A stretch of 36,905 nucleotides of DNA from Phoronis australis. Taxonomy: Eukaryota; Animalia; Phoronida. Position 1 is the stretch's first letter. Every line of letters begins with the position of its first letter. Position numbers and translations under genes: made by a program. The notes under the pieces are model-generated. The model was not told the origin of the DNA. It searched no databases and saw only the letters and a list, made by a program, of their open reading frames with translations. The stretch is from the NCBI GenBank assembly GCA_002633005.1, contig NMRA01000008.1:1466013-1502917 (forward strand), written 5' to 3'. This document shows, piece by piece, positions 23,601 to 34,862 of this stretch.

Positions 23601-26600
23601 GTGAAACAAAGCAATCACTCACAGCGGAATGAACCGTGAACGCCACGAACTAGTCTTTGGTAGTCAATTCGACTCTGTTTATGCGCGCACTCACACTTCA
23701 TTCGTTTTGTCCACTGCCATCAATATCCGGATATTACACTATGATATCTACTGAAAAATCCGTTGTCCAGCAGGCAGTATTCAGTAGTGCACCCATCAAT
23801 GGATGAACAAGCTGACGTGTCCTCTGAGGGTCCTGGAATTTGATGCTGCGAATATTACCGATTAGGTCATGCCACAGAAATCTGCCAAAGTGTCCCAGAT
23901 GGGGATTCAAAGCTGCCAGGTAGAATCGTGTTTCAGTTAAAGAGGAGTATTTATTTATCACATTTTAGTGATCATGTGTATATCGTATTTCTTTGTTGGG
24001 ATTTCCAGGCGTCGTCTTTACAGAGGGGGCTGTTTGGAAAGCGCAACGGCGTTTCGCTTTGAGTTTAATGAAAGACCTCGGTGTTGGCAAACTGTCATTT
24101 GAAGACAAAGTGTTGCACGAGGTGGAGACTCTGCTCAGCGTTGTCGAGCGCAAGAGAGGGGAACCGTTCGACATGCAGGTAACATGCGGTAGGATTTTTT
24201 GCCAATCTAGATACCCAAGTGATGCACGCCTGTGGAACTCAACACATATAAGGTACATTAGAACTCAACGAAAGAGAAAATGTTGTAACCACGGGAGATA
24301 GGCATTATCATTTATTCAGGTGAAGTTCTTGATAAGAAACAATATAAATAAAACCACCAGGAACTCGCGGTCTACTCTGGAATAACGACGGTTTCAAATA
24401 GTGCAAGAGTTGGCTCAATAATGGTGACTTGATGTCACGATTTATCCTTGGTGTCAAGTGATAGCTGCAATAACCACAGGCCTGTTCCTACCAGTTTTGG
24501 GGCGTTTTCCTGAAATTTTCAGCATTATTCTTGTTTGAGTGAACACATTTGATAAAATCTTCAATTTCTGGGTTTGTGCAATATTTTTGGACTCCGTAAA
24601 ATTCGCAAAAAATCATGAAAGATACTCGCACGAACGGGCCTTTGCGTGTAATAATATTCGTTATTTCTTCACTGCCGACATCGCGGTGGAGCAACATTTT
24701 ATTGCACGTGCATATCCTGGCGTGCAGTTTCGCTTTAAAGGAACATTTCCGGTGAGAAATATAATTTCACGGAAATAGTAGCAGTAGCTCAAAATCAAAC
24801 CCACTAACTCCGCGATGGCAGCCGAACGCTCTGCCGCTGAGTCAAATCGGCAAGAATATTTTAACGTATTTTTAAATAACGATTAAAAACGGTAAATGCA
24901 TCGCCCTTGATTTCAGCGTATGTCTGGCAGACAATGACACAAATAGGCGATTTGTAAAAAAATAAACACAAAACAACGGATTTTAGGAACAAGGCTTAAA
25001 CCATACTCACAGCGAAATCAAAGAATACTACAGACCACCCCCTCACGGCACGCCTAGTACAGCATAAAAGACCCAGTAGCGTCAACTGACCTGTGGTCAA
25101 ACACACACATAGGAATTGGACCATTCTTTCGACTGCGAAAAGGTGAAAGTATCGTGCAATGAACTCAAGTGGTAAAAGAGATTCCAACTTCCATGAATCT
25201 ACCAGCAGTTGCTGGGCCCCCTGCATCCTAGCAGACACTTCAGGAGCTCGCCGAGCACAACACCTGGTGTCGACGAACATAGTGAATAACATGGCGGTTC
25301 GTCAGCGAATTTCTTAGCTGTGAGTATGTTTAAACCTTGTTCTTATGACATTACCACAGCAGCTAAGCTTTCATTATAGTAGTACAACGGATGTTAGCTT
25401 TTGTCAAATTTAAAAACTTCAAAAAGTTTGTACCCTCCAACAATAAGCCCCAAAATGCGCTTTCGGCCCCATAAAACCGATAATGTTTATGTATAGATAC
25501 TTTCCCCCTTCATTTTAATTTAAAACTTCATAAAGCAAATGTTTACGCAAACAATTTTTTCAAATCTTATTCCTGAATGACATTCTTTCAACATAACATC
25601 ATTTTTCTCGAAAATTAAAAATCAACGTATACTAGATTTTTTTAAAATTTATTTTTAAAATTTCAGATAACGCGTCGACAAAATAGTCGCCATATTCAAT
25701 GACACTGAAAATAGAAACTTGATTTCATAAACGCACACATGTTTGCACAGTGAATCTTTCTATTTTAGTTTGGTGATTAAGAGTTCTCAAGTAAAAAAGA
25801 AACTTAAAGAAACATTATCAATTTTACGCCCAATTATTATTGTTGGGTGAGATAGACTTCTTGAAGTCATCATGTTTGACCAGAGCTACACGACAACAAA
25901 ATACGTCGTTTTTGTGATTTTGTTACAATTCGCCAATTCTCGTCGTTGTCGGTGTTTCAGAGTCGCTGAAATCCGACCAGTGACTAACGCATTTAAAACA
26001 CTATGTGATACATAGAGATGGTTTTAGCTCCAAGAACAGCTAGCGTTGTGTTGCTACCGTGGAGATTCCACTGGCAGGTTTGACTACATGTTGGGAGTGG
26101 TCTCACAAAATCACTGTTCCTGCCCATTGTGTGCTTTTTTGCTGTTTACAAAATAATGCAATTTACAAGACAGTAAATGATTGTTTAAAAGTCGATAATT
26201 CCAAAGTGTTTTTCAATCCGTTGTTGCAGTATATCCTGACAAACTCCGTGGCTAACATTATCTCAGCCGTACTTTGGGGTAAACGTTATGAGCACAACGA
26301 ACCAGAGTTTCAAGCGTTTCTTCAAAAAGTCAATGAGAACGTAATTGGTAAGATGTGTCTTGAAACGAAATCAGTTGCATGGCAATCTTTCATAAGAAAT
26401 GTTTACGTTTACTTGAGAATTTTTTTGTGGAATTGCGCCATCTAATGGCCATTTTGTTATTTTAATAAACACCGCCAGAAGCAAACCGTTTGCGATGCAG
26501 TCGTGGGCGCATTTCAACGCTCTGCGTTGCTGTTGTTTGATAAAATATAACGGTTGTCCCTTAGTATACATAATTTCCACTATCAGAAACTTAGAATGAG

Positions 26601-28952
26601 TCGCTTTTATTTTTTTTTTTCAGCAACAAAACAAAATCTCAGCAAGTTTTCTAAATAAACAGTCAGTCTCCGTTATTTTGTGTAATGTCGTTTTTAGACA
26701 TTTTCAAAATTTACGGTGGTGCGGAAAGGACATAATGTGAGAAAAATCCGAATTTCGACTTAGTTTCTTAGAGGATCGGCTACGCTACAGAATGAATCAT
26801 GGATATCGCTTCAAAACGGCCACCTGCTATGATTACATTTGCTTTTTGCGACTCATTTGTGTGTTTTGTTTTGTCCAATCCAATTGAATTTTAAAATTCG
26901 AAACATACGCCGAACAAAAGGTGGCTCTGATGATCGTGCGCTCGTGTGGTATCTTCACCTTCCCCATCTCGTAGAACTCTCTGCTCCAACTGATACTTTT
27001 TGTATATTTTATAGCGTGCAATAAAACCGCAGTTCTTCTCTCAGTGCTGCCCGTCTTACGCATTTGCCCAGGGGATCTTAGCGGCACGAAACAGTTGCTG
27101 AGCAACAAGGTGGCTATGGAGAGCTTTATTCAAGCCATCATCGACGAGCACAAATCTACCTTTGATCACGAGAATCTACGAGATTTTGTTGATGCTTACT
27201 TGGCGCAAATTGAACAGGAAAAACATAAGCAAGATACGTCTTTTCACGGTAAGGCGCATAGGTGGTATTGAAGTTAATAAGTAGTGTCATGAAGGCCGCG
27301 CGCGTGCTTCAGCAGCTGGTAGTTTTGGTAATATAGGCCCCCTGACACAGCAGTAACACTCATTTTATCATTCCTTGGACAGTAGAAAAAAGAGTTACTT
27401 TTAAACAATTACTGCAGCCAACACGGTAATTTTGCCATCATCCATAGTGAATGTGAGTCCAGGAAATTAAGTGGAGCTGGAAAACTTCAACTTGTTATGT
27501 GTTTGCAGAAAACCAGTTGCTGAAAATTCTTGGAGAACTGCTAGTGGCTGGTTTAGAGACTACATCAACAACTCTTCGCTGGGCTTTGCTTTACTTGACC
27601 CTTAACCCGGACGTGCAAGAACGAGCTCGCAGTGAAATTCTACAAACAATTGGTAAACGCCAACCATCTATGCGCGATCGTCCAAATCTCCATTTCGTGG
27701 AAGCTGTGTTAATGGAGTCGCATCGCCTAGGGCGCGTGGTGTCCACAGGAGTTCCTCACTCTCCAACTGTTGACGTCACATTTCGCGGATTCGTCATTCC
27801 GCGGAAGACTACAGTATTACCCAATATGGCCAGTGTATTTCTCAACGAAGATGTTTTTACTGATCCGTACCAGTTTAAACCTCAGAGATTTCTTGACGAG
27901 GAAGGAAGATTCGACAAACGTTTAGCTGAGCACGTCATTCCGTTTAGTACTGGTAAATATGCCCTGCCTCCCGTTCAGTAACGCTAGGACCTCGCTAAAA
28001 AGCAAGACTTCGCGAGATTACGTAAGATATTGCCGTGTATTTTAAATGAGAACATGTGACTTTGACTAGTAGGTTTTAGCTGGGTCCTAGCGTAGGTCCT
28101 AGCGTCTACTGAGCGCACGCCTGGTGTCATTTTGCGTGCATAAAATAAATGAAAGTAGACGTAATATCATGATCACTCGTTTGTAGCTTTGGTAAACCCG
28201 TGTTCGTCAAAGAAACATGAGCGGTTGATGTACACAGATTTGATAAGGTTCAACGCAAATCACACTATTTTTCAGATTCTTCTTTTGCAATATTAGGCTC
28301 GGGTCCGATGAGGTGTCCAGGGGTCTAGACTAGTCTCGTTCTGACTTCCAGTGCACAGTGGGCCTCGTGTAAGCCGAAAATAGTGGTCAACTAACTTCTT
28401 CGGGTGGACATCAACATAACATTACAAGTAAAAGACGTTTGTTGTCTGTGTGGGGGAGGGGGGGGGGCAATTTCTGTCCTCGTTGGGAGAGACAACATTC
28501 GTAATTAAGTTAATTGGTGTTGTTTTCTTGACCAATCCTGTGGAATAGATGGGAGCCGTCTAGTCTTTGCCAAGAACTAGTCTAGGGCTGGCCCTCCCTA
28601 CTGTAGGGGGAATCCTGGATCCGCGCCAGCGTACGCGGCATACTCAGTAGTTTGTAGTCTTGCTTTGAACCTATCATCTATGCTAGTAGCAATGAAAGGT
28701 GACAGAGATGTCTTAAAAATGTTTTGTAAATTTTTAGCTATTTATCAATAATTCTTTCCAGGTCGTCGAGTTTGTCTTGGCGAAACATTGGCCCGGATGG
28801 AGCTGTTTCTCTTTTTGACGTCATTGCTGCAGAAGTTCGTCTTTACTTTCCCACGTGACGCACCACTTCCATCCACCAATGGCATACAAGGATTCACTTT
28901 CTTGCCTCGTCCACATCTCGTCTGTGCCAAAATTTTATCTGCTACTGTTTAA
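20403..28952 (+). CDS. Cytochrome P450, CYP2 clan (CYP2-like), 7 coding exons, 508 aa: join(20403..20619,21757..21909,24009..24178,26230..26347,27015..27248,27509..27952,28762..28952)
   Basis: Exon lengths 217+153+170+118+234+444+191 = 1527 nt in one frame; GT-AG introns with phases 1,1,0,1,1,1. Motifs: N-terminal anchor, PPGP hinge, WKAQRR (helix C), AGLETT (helix I), ESHR (ExxR), PQRF (PERF) and heme motif FSTGRRVCLG. Confidence 0.96.
21757..21909 (+). CDS. CYP2-like exon 2 (absent from the ORF track)
   Basis: ttttag| (A)[50 protein letters not shown] |gtaact. Confidence 0.93.
22607..22836. mobile_element. Inverted pair of Penelope-like pseudo-LTR ends, each with a degenerate minimal hammerhead ribozyme motif (CYP intron 2)
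   Basis: Arms 22607-22673 (-) and 22762-22836 (+). Each arm reads CTGATGA-stem-CCGAAA-...CGATTTAATA..GTAGTTGTTTTTATTAATAT. Confidence 0.75.
22833..23230 (+). pseudogene. Degraded Penelope-like GIY-YIG endonuclease fragment
   Basis: [15 protein letters not shown] (22833-22877) then, after an interruption, [19 protein letters not shown] (~23046). This matches the PLE endonuclease pattern IY..C....YIG...R..EH.....S.V..H. Confidence 0.62.
24009..24178 (+). CDS. CYP2-like exon 3
   Basis: ttccag| (G)[27 protein letters not shown]...GEPFDMQ |gtaaca. Confidence 0.95.
25027..25214 (+). pseudogene. Degraded Penelope-like GIY-YIG endonuclease C-terminal fragment (CYP intron 3)
   Basis: [25 protein letters not shown], frameshift, [32 protein letters not shown]. 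This resembles the PLE pattern T.RPL..R..EH.RP...S.V..H....HSFD.E.VK.L..E..W..R...LP.IY..LL. Confidence 0.7.
26230..26347 (+). CDS. CYP2-like exon 4
   Basis: ttgcag| [39 protein letters not shown] |gtaaga. Confidence 0.94.
27015..27248 (+). CDS. CYP2-like exon 5
   Basis: ttatag| (A)[15 protein letters not shown]...[21 protein letters not shown]...SFH |gtaagg; acceptor chosen for phase-1 compatibility. Confidence 0.9.
27509..27952 (+). CDS. CYP2-like exon 6
   Basis: ttgcag| (E)[24 protein letters not shown]...ESHR...PQRF...IPFST |gtaaat. Confidence 0.96.
27967..28120 (+). mobile_element. MITE family A, copy 3 (TSD CTG), 14 nt inside CYP intron 6
   Basis: Near-identical to 2526-2672. CTG at 27964-27966 and 28121-28123. 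Confidence 0.92.
28762..28952 (+). CDS. CYP2-like exon 7 (heme-binding, terminal; absent from the ORF track)
   Basis: ttccag| (G)[30 protein letters not shown]...[14 protein letters not shown]. Confidence 0.95.
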
Positions 28953-28956
28953 TAAA
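28951..28956 (+). terminator. Candidate polyadenylation signal AATAAA overlapping the CYP stop codon
   Basis: gtt TAATAAA; an alternative AATAAA lies at ~29252. Confidence 0.4.
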
Positions 28957-29445
28957 AAAGCACAATACTAGCTCAATTGCTGGATGATAACAGGCCATTT
29001 ATGCCTACAAGGAACATGTAATAATTTCGGCGTGTACACTTATGCGTACTATGACTCATCACGTTTGCCAAAAACATACAAAGGGTGATTGCGCGAGATC
29101 TGGCGAGAATGATGACACACCACAATTCGTAAAGGGCTCTCGATTTTGTGGCAGTTCTATTTAATTCAGTTTAGTTATAGTCAGTTTTACAAATACAGAC
29201 ACAGTATTTTACATAGGGCTAATAGCGTGGTCAATACAGAAAAGAAAAATGAATAAATCACAACTGCACAAGACTAAAATAATAATTTAAGAAAAAAAAA
29301 TCAATTGAGGTTACGTGGGACCTTCGAAAACTTCAGAAATGGCTGATCGAATTCACATGAAACTTTCAGATTTTATGATTTATGCAGAGTTCTCCAATAC
29401 GCTGTCAAGGAACTGTTTTTAAAAATTTCCACTTTTGCATGAAGG

Positions 29446-29601
29446 CAGTGCTGTAGTGGTAAAATTAGAGGTAAGTAGGCGCCCCGAGCCTCCCGTATCA
29501 CCTTGAGCACTGAACGTAACTTACCGTGAGTAGGCGCTACGTTCAAATGACAAAAGGTGGTTGGCTGCGCCTACGTGCGCCTACGTCCCACTACAGCACT
29601 G
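29446..29601. mobile_element. hAT MITE, 156 bp, 14-bp perfect TIR, 8-bp TSD
   Basis: CAGTGCTGTAGTGG...CCACTACAGCACTG; flanks CATGAAGG / CATGAGGG (7/8). Confidence 0.92.
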
Positions 29602-30035
29602 CATGAGGGACTATCAAAAAGTAGCGCTTTTATGATTTTGATAGACTCGAGTGTTGCATAAAACGCATGCAAAGAATTGTACGATGACACTTGGCTTACC
29701 TCAAAATCCAACTGCTGCCTGGTGGTTTTTGTAATTGGAGTAATTATGTTGCGCACCCAGCAGAATTAACGAGGAGCATAATGATGCACCGTTATACAAA
29801 CGTTTTAGGTTGTAAAAGTCCCATTGCACACAATCACCTGTACTTATTACGAACTATTCAAATATGCTATTCAAAAACTTTCAAAACGAAAATTTAAAAA
29901 TACTATTGGCGCCCCCATTGTGTTTAAGATTGGTCTTACTATCTAGAAAAAGATAACATCAGCAGCCTTTGGCCATGTAATTAACTACAACAGCATGATG
30001 TCTTTGATGGACGCCGGTCAAGGTCGAGGTACGCA

Positions 30036-31305
30036 CAGTGCTGTAGTGGGGCGTAGGTGCACGTAGGCGCAGCCAACCATCCTTTCACATATTAACGTAG
30101 CGCCTACGCACAGTAAGTGACGGTATAGCGTAGTCTTGATACGATAGCTTACGGTATCGATGCACTTGTGCTGACGCTGGCAGCAACTTGGAGCGGCGTT
30201 GGCTTGACAATGGTAACCAGTCGTTTTGCTCTATTCTGGGTATCTTGGGACCCAAAACGTGGCCTATGGGATCCTGGATAAGACATGGCGACCATGATGT
30301 CAGGCGCATTTGCAATCGGTTTGGGCCGGTTGCCACAACGGCAATCAAAAGAATGCGTGAGTTTGGAGAAATGGAGGCTGAAGATGGTAAGAGTACACAA
30401 ACTACCAAGTGCTCTGGCACAACTGGACCTCTTCCAGTACAGCGAAATTAATCGGATAGTAACAGACAGCTCTTGTTTGCTAGCAATTAGAAACCACCTC
30501 CAGCTCGATCGATGTTTGGCAAGATCAATGTTTCCCCGCTATCCACGTTCTACCCACGACCTTATGCCGAAACGTGGATTCGACAACACGGAACCGCTGA
30601 TAGTTCACAGTTCAGATCATCAAGTAACTGCTGCCGACAAAAAACTTGAGTTTGTGGAGGATAGTTTAACTAAGCACTCTATCTTTGGACAGGTCACTCA
30701 TACCTGGTATGAGAACACCTGCTTGCAAGAAAACCTCCAACTTCTAGTTTGTGCTTTATACATGAGTACATGCACGTGTGCGCATTGTTAGTGTTCAGCT
30801 CACTGAAACTTCAGTGCTTGTGTAGTGCTAGTGCACTCAGTCTTTGAAGCGTGTGGAGTAACATATGTTCTCCAAGTAATGAAATTTTAGATTAATATTT
30901 CAAGATAAAGTAAACACTAGGGTGTCACGTCATAGGTGGATAAAGGGGATCGTAGTGCCCGAGGAAAACCCCACGGGCGACTAAAAAACGTCGCCAGCAT
31001 ATCGTTTCTGGACGTTACGCGTCTATTTTCCTTTAGAATTGTGCTTGGGTCCCCCTTTAGAAACCGCTTGGAATGCACGCGGATCTTTGCCTTCTTTTAT
31101 GTGGGTTTGGGCCCGCTTTCTGTGACATCCTAGATTCGCCACTGCAGAATCGTTAGTGAATACCCACTCATGAGTAAAAATGGGCCTACATGTTTGTGAG
31201 TCAGGTTTGGCGAATTCAATTCACTTTTAAAATTCAGTGCTCAAGGTGATACGGTGGGCTTTGGGCGCCTACTTACGACTAATTTTACCACTACAGCCCG
31301 CCCTG
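30036..31305. mobile_element. 1.27-kb non-autonomous hAT element, same family as 29446-29601, opposite orientation
   Basis: The left ~88 bp and right ~70 bp are the reverse complement of the two halves of the MITE. Flanks GGTACGCA / GGTACACA (7/8). The interior holds a transposase-like fragment and a foreign terminus ending at 31144. Confidence 0.9.
30170..30430 (+). pseudogene. hAT transposase fragment (KIAA1586/ZNF862-like C-terminal region)
   Basis: NLERRW...LGILGPKTWP....RHGDHDVRRICNRF......IKRMREF resembles the segment preceding the hAT dimerisation domain, and it lies inside a TIR/8-bp-TSD element. Recognised from memory only. Confidence 0.6.
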
Positions 31306-31499
31306 GGTACACAAGCCGGTGGAGTTGCCCAATCTCCCCCGGTGAGGGAGCGTAGGATTCTTTTCGTGAAAAACGACATGACAATTTAGAAAACTGTAAC
31401 TACGTTTTACAGATTTCGTCTTGAACTCAATAGAAAGAAGTTTTGCCGTTAATGAATTGTTTAGCTGTGGCTGTACATTTCTTTTTGTTAATTCTTACT

Positions 31500-31722
31500 T
31501 AAAAGTTGTGGTCACGTGACACACCAAGGACGTGGCACAAAGTAATATCCCGAGCAAACTGTGCGGTGGATCACATGACGAGTCACGTGACACCTGAGTG
31601 GCCTGATGAAGTCCTCGAGAGGAGGACTAACTTAGCCATCTCGATAAACCGTAAGTCCAGTAACTGATTTATATTTCTACATATGATTACTCAATTGGAT
31701 GACTGAAAATTTTCATCGAATT
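31500..31722 (+). mobile_element. Penelope-like pseudo-LTR remnant with a degenerate hammerhead ribozyme (31596-31642)
   Basis: GAGTGGC-CTGATGA-A-GTCCTC-gagag-GAGGAC-TAAC-TTA-GCCATCTC, then AAGTCCAG and a terminal TGGATGACTGAAAATTTTCATCGA resembling PLE 3' ends. The left boundary is approximate. Confidence 0.7.
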
Positions 31723-31949
31723 AAAAGCAGATTGTTATAAAGTCAAAAATCTAAACATTACAGGCTTTCTATTTTCAAAGATACTTTTGCTGAGTCATCG
31801 ATACTTTTTGTAGGTATATGGCTAAATACACGGACAAGTCAACAAGGTCCTACACTGATGGCCTTAGTTACAAATCACAATGTAACGTTAGAAAACTACA
31901 AATAGAAGTAAAATAAGAAAATTACGTTAGCAAAATTAAATGACATGTA

Positions 31950-32329
31950 CAGAGTGTCCCAAAATGTAATCACATTTCAGTACAACGCCGGGAGTTCAAA
32001 TTGAGTTACGGTGGATCAGACTCTGCGCTCTTGTCTTCTTATTGTTGTAACTTATTATAAAAGTAGGTACATGAGTCGCCGCGTACTCGGTATGCACTGG
32101 AATGACAAACGACTCAGTTTTGGAGAACGAAGCTTTATAGCGCTCCGCTACTGGGAATGCAAAGACCATGGCAAAGACAATCAACGTTCTTGCTAAGTAG
32201 GTATACGATGCAATTATTTTGGTTTAAAGGCTTCAAACTTTTTCAGTCACCAGCAATGGTGCTCAAAAGTCAATAAACACTGGCAGTTATTGTCATTTGA
32301 AGGTCGAATTATACGTTTGGGGAACCCTG
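31950..32329. mobile_element. Tc1/mariner-type MITE, TA TSD
   Basis: ta|cagagtgtcccaaaa...tttggggaaccctg|ta; imperfect TIR of CAGGGTGTCCC type. Confidence 0.7.
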
Positions 32330-34819
32330 TATAACAGATATCTTAAAATTCGTTCAATGAAATATTTTCGGAGAAGTGTCGTGAATAAACATGATTTTAT
32401 TTATCAGGGAAAAACTCACTTGTCCACTGAAGATTAGGGAAGTGATCAGTCACCCTGTCTCGTGCGTCACCCGCTCGTTGTTACAGTGATTATCTGGGCT
32501 GCGTTCAGTTTCGTAGACCCAAGACACTCGCGAAACGCTTATTTGCAGCTCAAAATCTCCGCTTATGGAACGCAAAACGGTGAACTCAATCCAGTGATTC
32601 AACATCCCGGCCTCACAGACCAATCACTTGCCGGTGTGATCTTGTCTTTCGCAAGATTTATGGAACGCATATCCAGGGTGTGTTCAGTGGACACAAGCAA
32701 GGCACTTGCAGCGCGAACGGGAATACTGAATTCTATCCCTTATTCAACATATTCCACGTCACTTTTTACTGACCGCGTTTTCTAGTGTACGCTAGTATGT
32801 TTCCGAATATCAATGCGTGCGCGAAACATTTGCCGTGGCGTCTTGCGTGATCTCGGTTTTTCACCAACGAATGTCTCGCGTTTGCAGAACTCATCCCTGT
32901 TCTAACAAGGCACGCCTTTCTCGGTAGAACAGAAAATCGCCACGACAAGGAGCTTGTCGATCTTATCTTACTTTTTCCATGTACATAGGAATCTCCTTGC
33001 AGATAGGTGGCGCCACGTTACAGATTTCCGCCGTACTTGGCTGACAATCTGGCATCGGAAATGTAAACATTTTGGACAATGCCGGTGTTCGCATTCAGTG
33101 CGGACACATACATATTCTAAAGCAACAAATGAAATCGCTCAAACGTGTAATTATTGGCCAATAGTGGAAAAAAATAGACTTGGCACATTTCCAAAAGCAC
33201 AATCTTGGCCATTTGGGTAACGATTAGCCTACCTGCAAAGTACGCTGGATGTTGTGAAGGAGTACTTGCGGGCCGTTTTCACTGATTGGTGGGCGATGTC
33301 TTGGAAATCAACTACTAGTGGACGCTCAGGGCCGGAGCTTTATAACTGTGGCTTGGAGGCCCAAGAAATCTTAATCTGGCATTGAGCTTCTGTAAGTAGG
33401 CTTAGTATGTTTAGCAAGTAGAATTTTTATTTGTTCGAGGATCTCGTATCCGTCGGTGAAAGTACAAAACCAGGTAAAACATAAGTACCCTATATCCTTT
33501 GTCAATGTTTACTGTAAAGTTCTGTTTGAAATTAACTTGATTACGTACATAGACATCTTAATACTGTATTGTCCATGGTTACGTTTTTTATTTGACCTAT
33601 CGCCAAGATTATGACGGACGGCTTAATTGACCAATCAGAACGCAGCATTCTTGGCACACCTTCGGCTGCTTTTCCAAGCCGCCATTTTACCCGACAAACC
33701 ACACGCAGTCGAGTAAAACTTACTTTAGTCTATAACTCAGTCAAGAAATTGTACGCTAAGAATGGGGAAACGGTGCTGATGTGACATGTGTAGCACCGAC
33801 AGCTGTTATGCTGCTCCAGAATAATATCTCGTCATTTTTTGACATGTTCTAAGCCGAAAAATGATGTTGAAAAGCGTACGTAAACTATGGATCAAAGTGT
33901 ACGGCCACATGAGCAGCTGAACTTAGCGATGTTGCTTGATAACTCGAAGGCTATAATAAACACAAATATATTAATTCCAAGATACGCACTTTTCAGCTTG
34001 GTGGCTATGGTGCAGGGCTATCTCAGATTTTGACTCCCAAGTTGGCTACGTCTGGCCGCCCGTCTCGGCACCTGCTGGATCTCAGCACTCTAGCGGTAGT
34101 CCCCGGAAATTGTTGTTTTCAAGGACATTTTTATTTTATGCTTTTTTATTTATTTCAACCTAATGGGCATTATTTAATTTCGTATTAGAGGTACATTTTT
34201 GTTATTCATAAACCGTAAGCTGGCGTTCAACTGAACTTCTCTCCCGGTCAAAATTCAGAGATTCGCCGGATCGGCACAGGGAAGGGCACTGGATTACTGC
34301 CGGAACTCAAAGCCTTGGTCGAGCTGTCGTCACTAAAAATAAACTGTTGAATTACTTTTTGATGTGTACCTCTAGTATACACTATGTCTGTAGAGTTAGA
34401 GAGAGCTCATTTTGGAGTTGTTCAAACATGATATTTAGATTTATGAAGCTTTAAAAAAGAATTTGAGTTATTTTCGTAAATACCCTATTTTTGCAACTAC
34501 CACACCAGACTTGTAATCTTTTGTAACCGTACCACGACTTAATGATCATGCTACCTTCAAAATTAAATGAAAGCTACCNCAAGCAAAATGAAACAGCAAG
34601 AGCGTGAAGCGTGAGGAAATATTGAGTTCAGTAACTAGGACCGGTAGTGGAAGAGGGGCGGGGGGTTAGACCCCAGATCGCGGCGGAATAGTGTTCCTGT
34701 TTTTTTTTAGTCCACCGATAGATTTACTGAACAGAAGGTCCAATGGTCTACATCCCTGGCCCCTGCAACTTTCGGGCAGCCTGTGCACATACAATCGCAT
34801 TTTGCCCAATTCCACGAGG

Positions 34820-34862
34820 CAACATATGTTGGGCCCCCTGTGGTATCCTAGATCCGCCACTG
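34820..34862 (-). mobile_element. Terminus of the CAGTGGCGGATCTAGG family
   Basis: Reverse complement cagtggcggatctaggataccacagggggcccaacat matches 13761 onward. Confidence 0.75.

Noticed and set aside
2526-28120. CRISPR-like or regularly spaced array
   Set aside because: The repeats are dispersed MITEs with TSDs in an intron-containing eukaryotic locus; no spacer periodicity or cas genes.
28295-28629. Possible hAT-like element with a GGATCCGCGCC end in CYP intron 6
   Set aside because: Left terminus too degenerate and no TSD found.
30285-30791. 168-aa ORF
   Set aside because: Inside the hAT element and mostly out of frame with the transposase-like segment; no motif.
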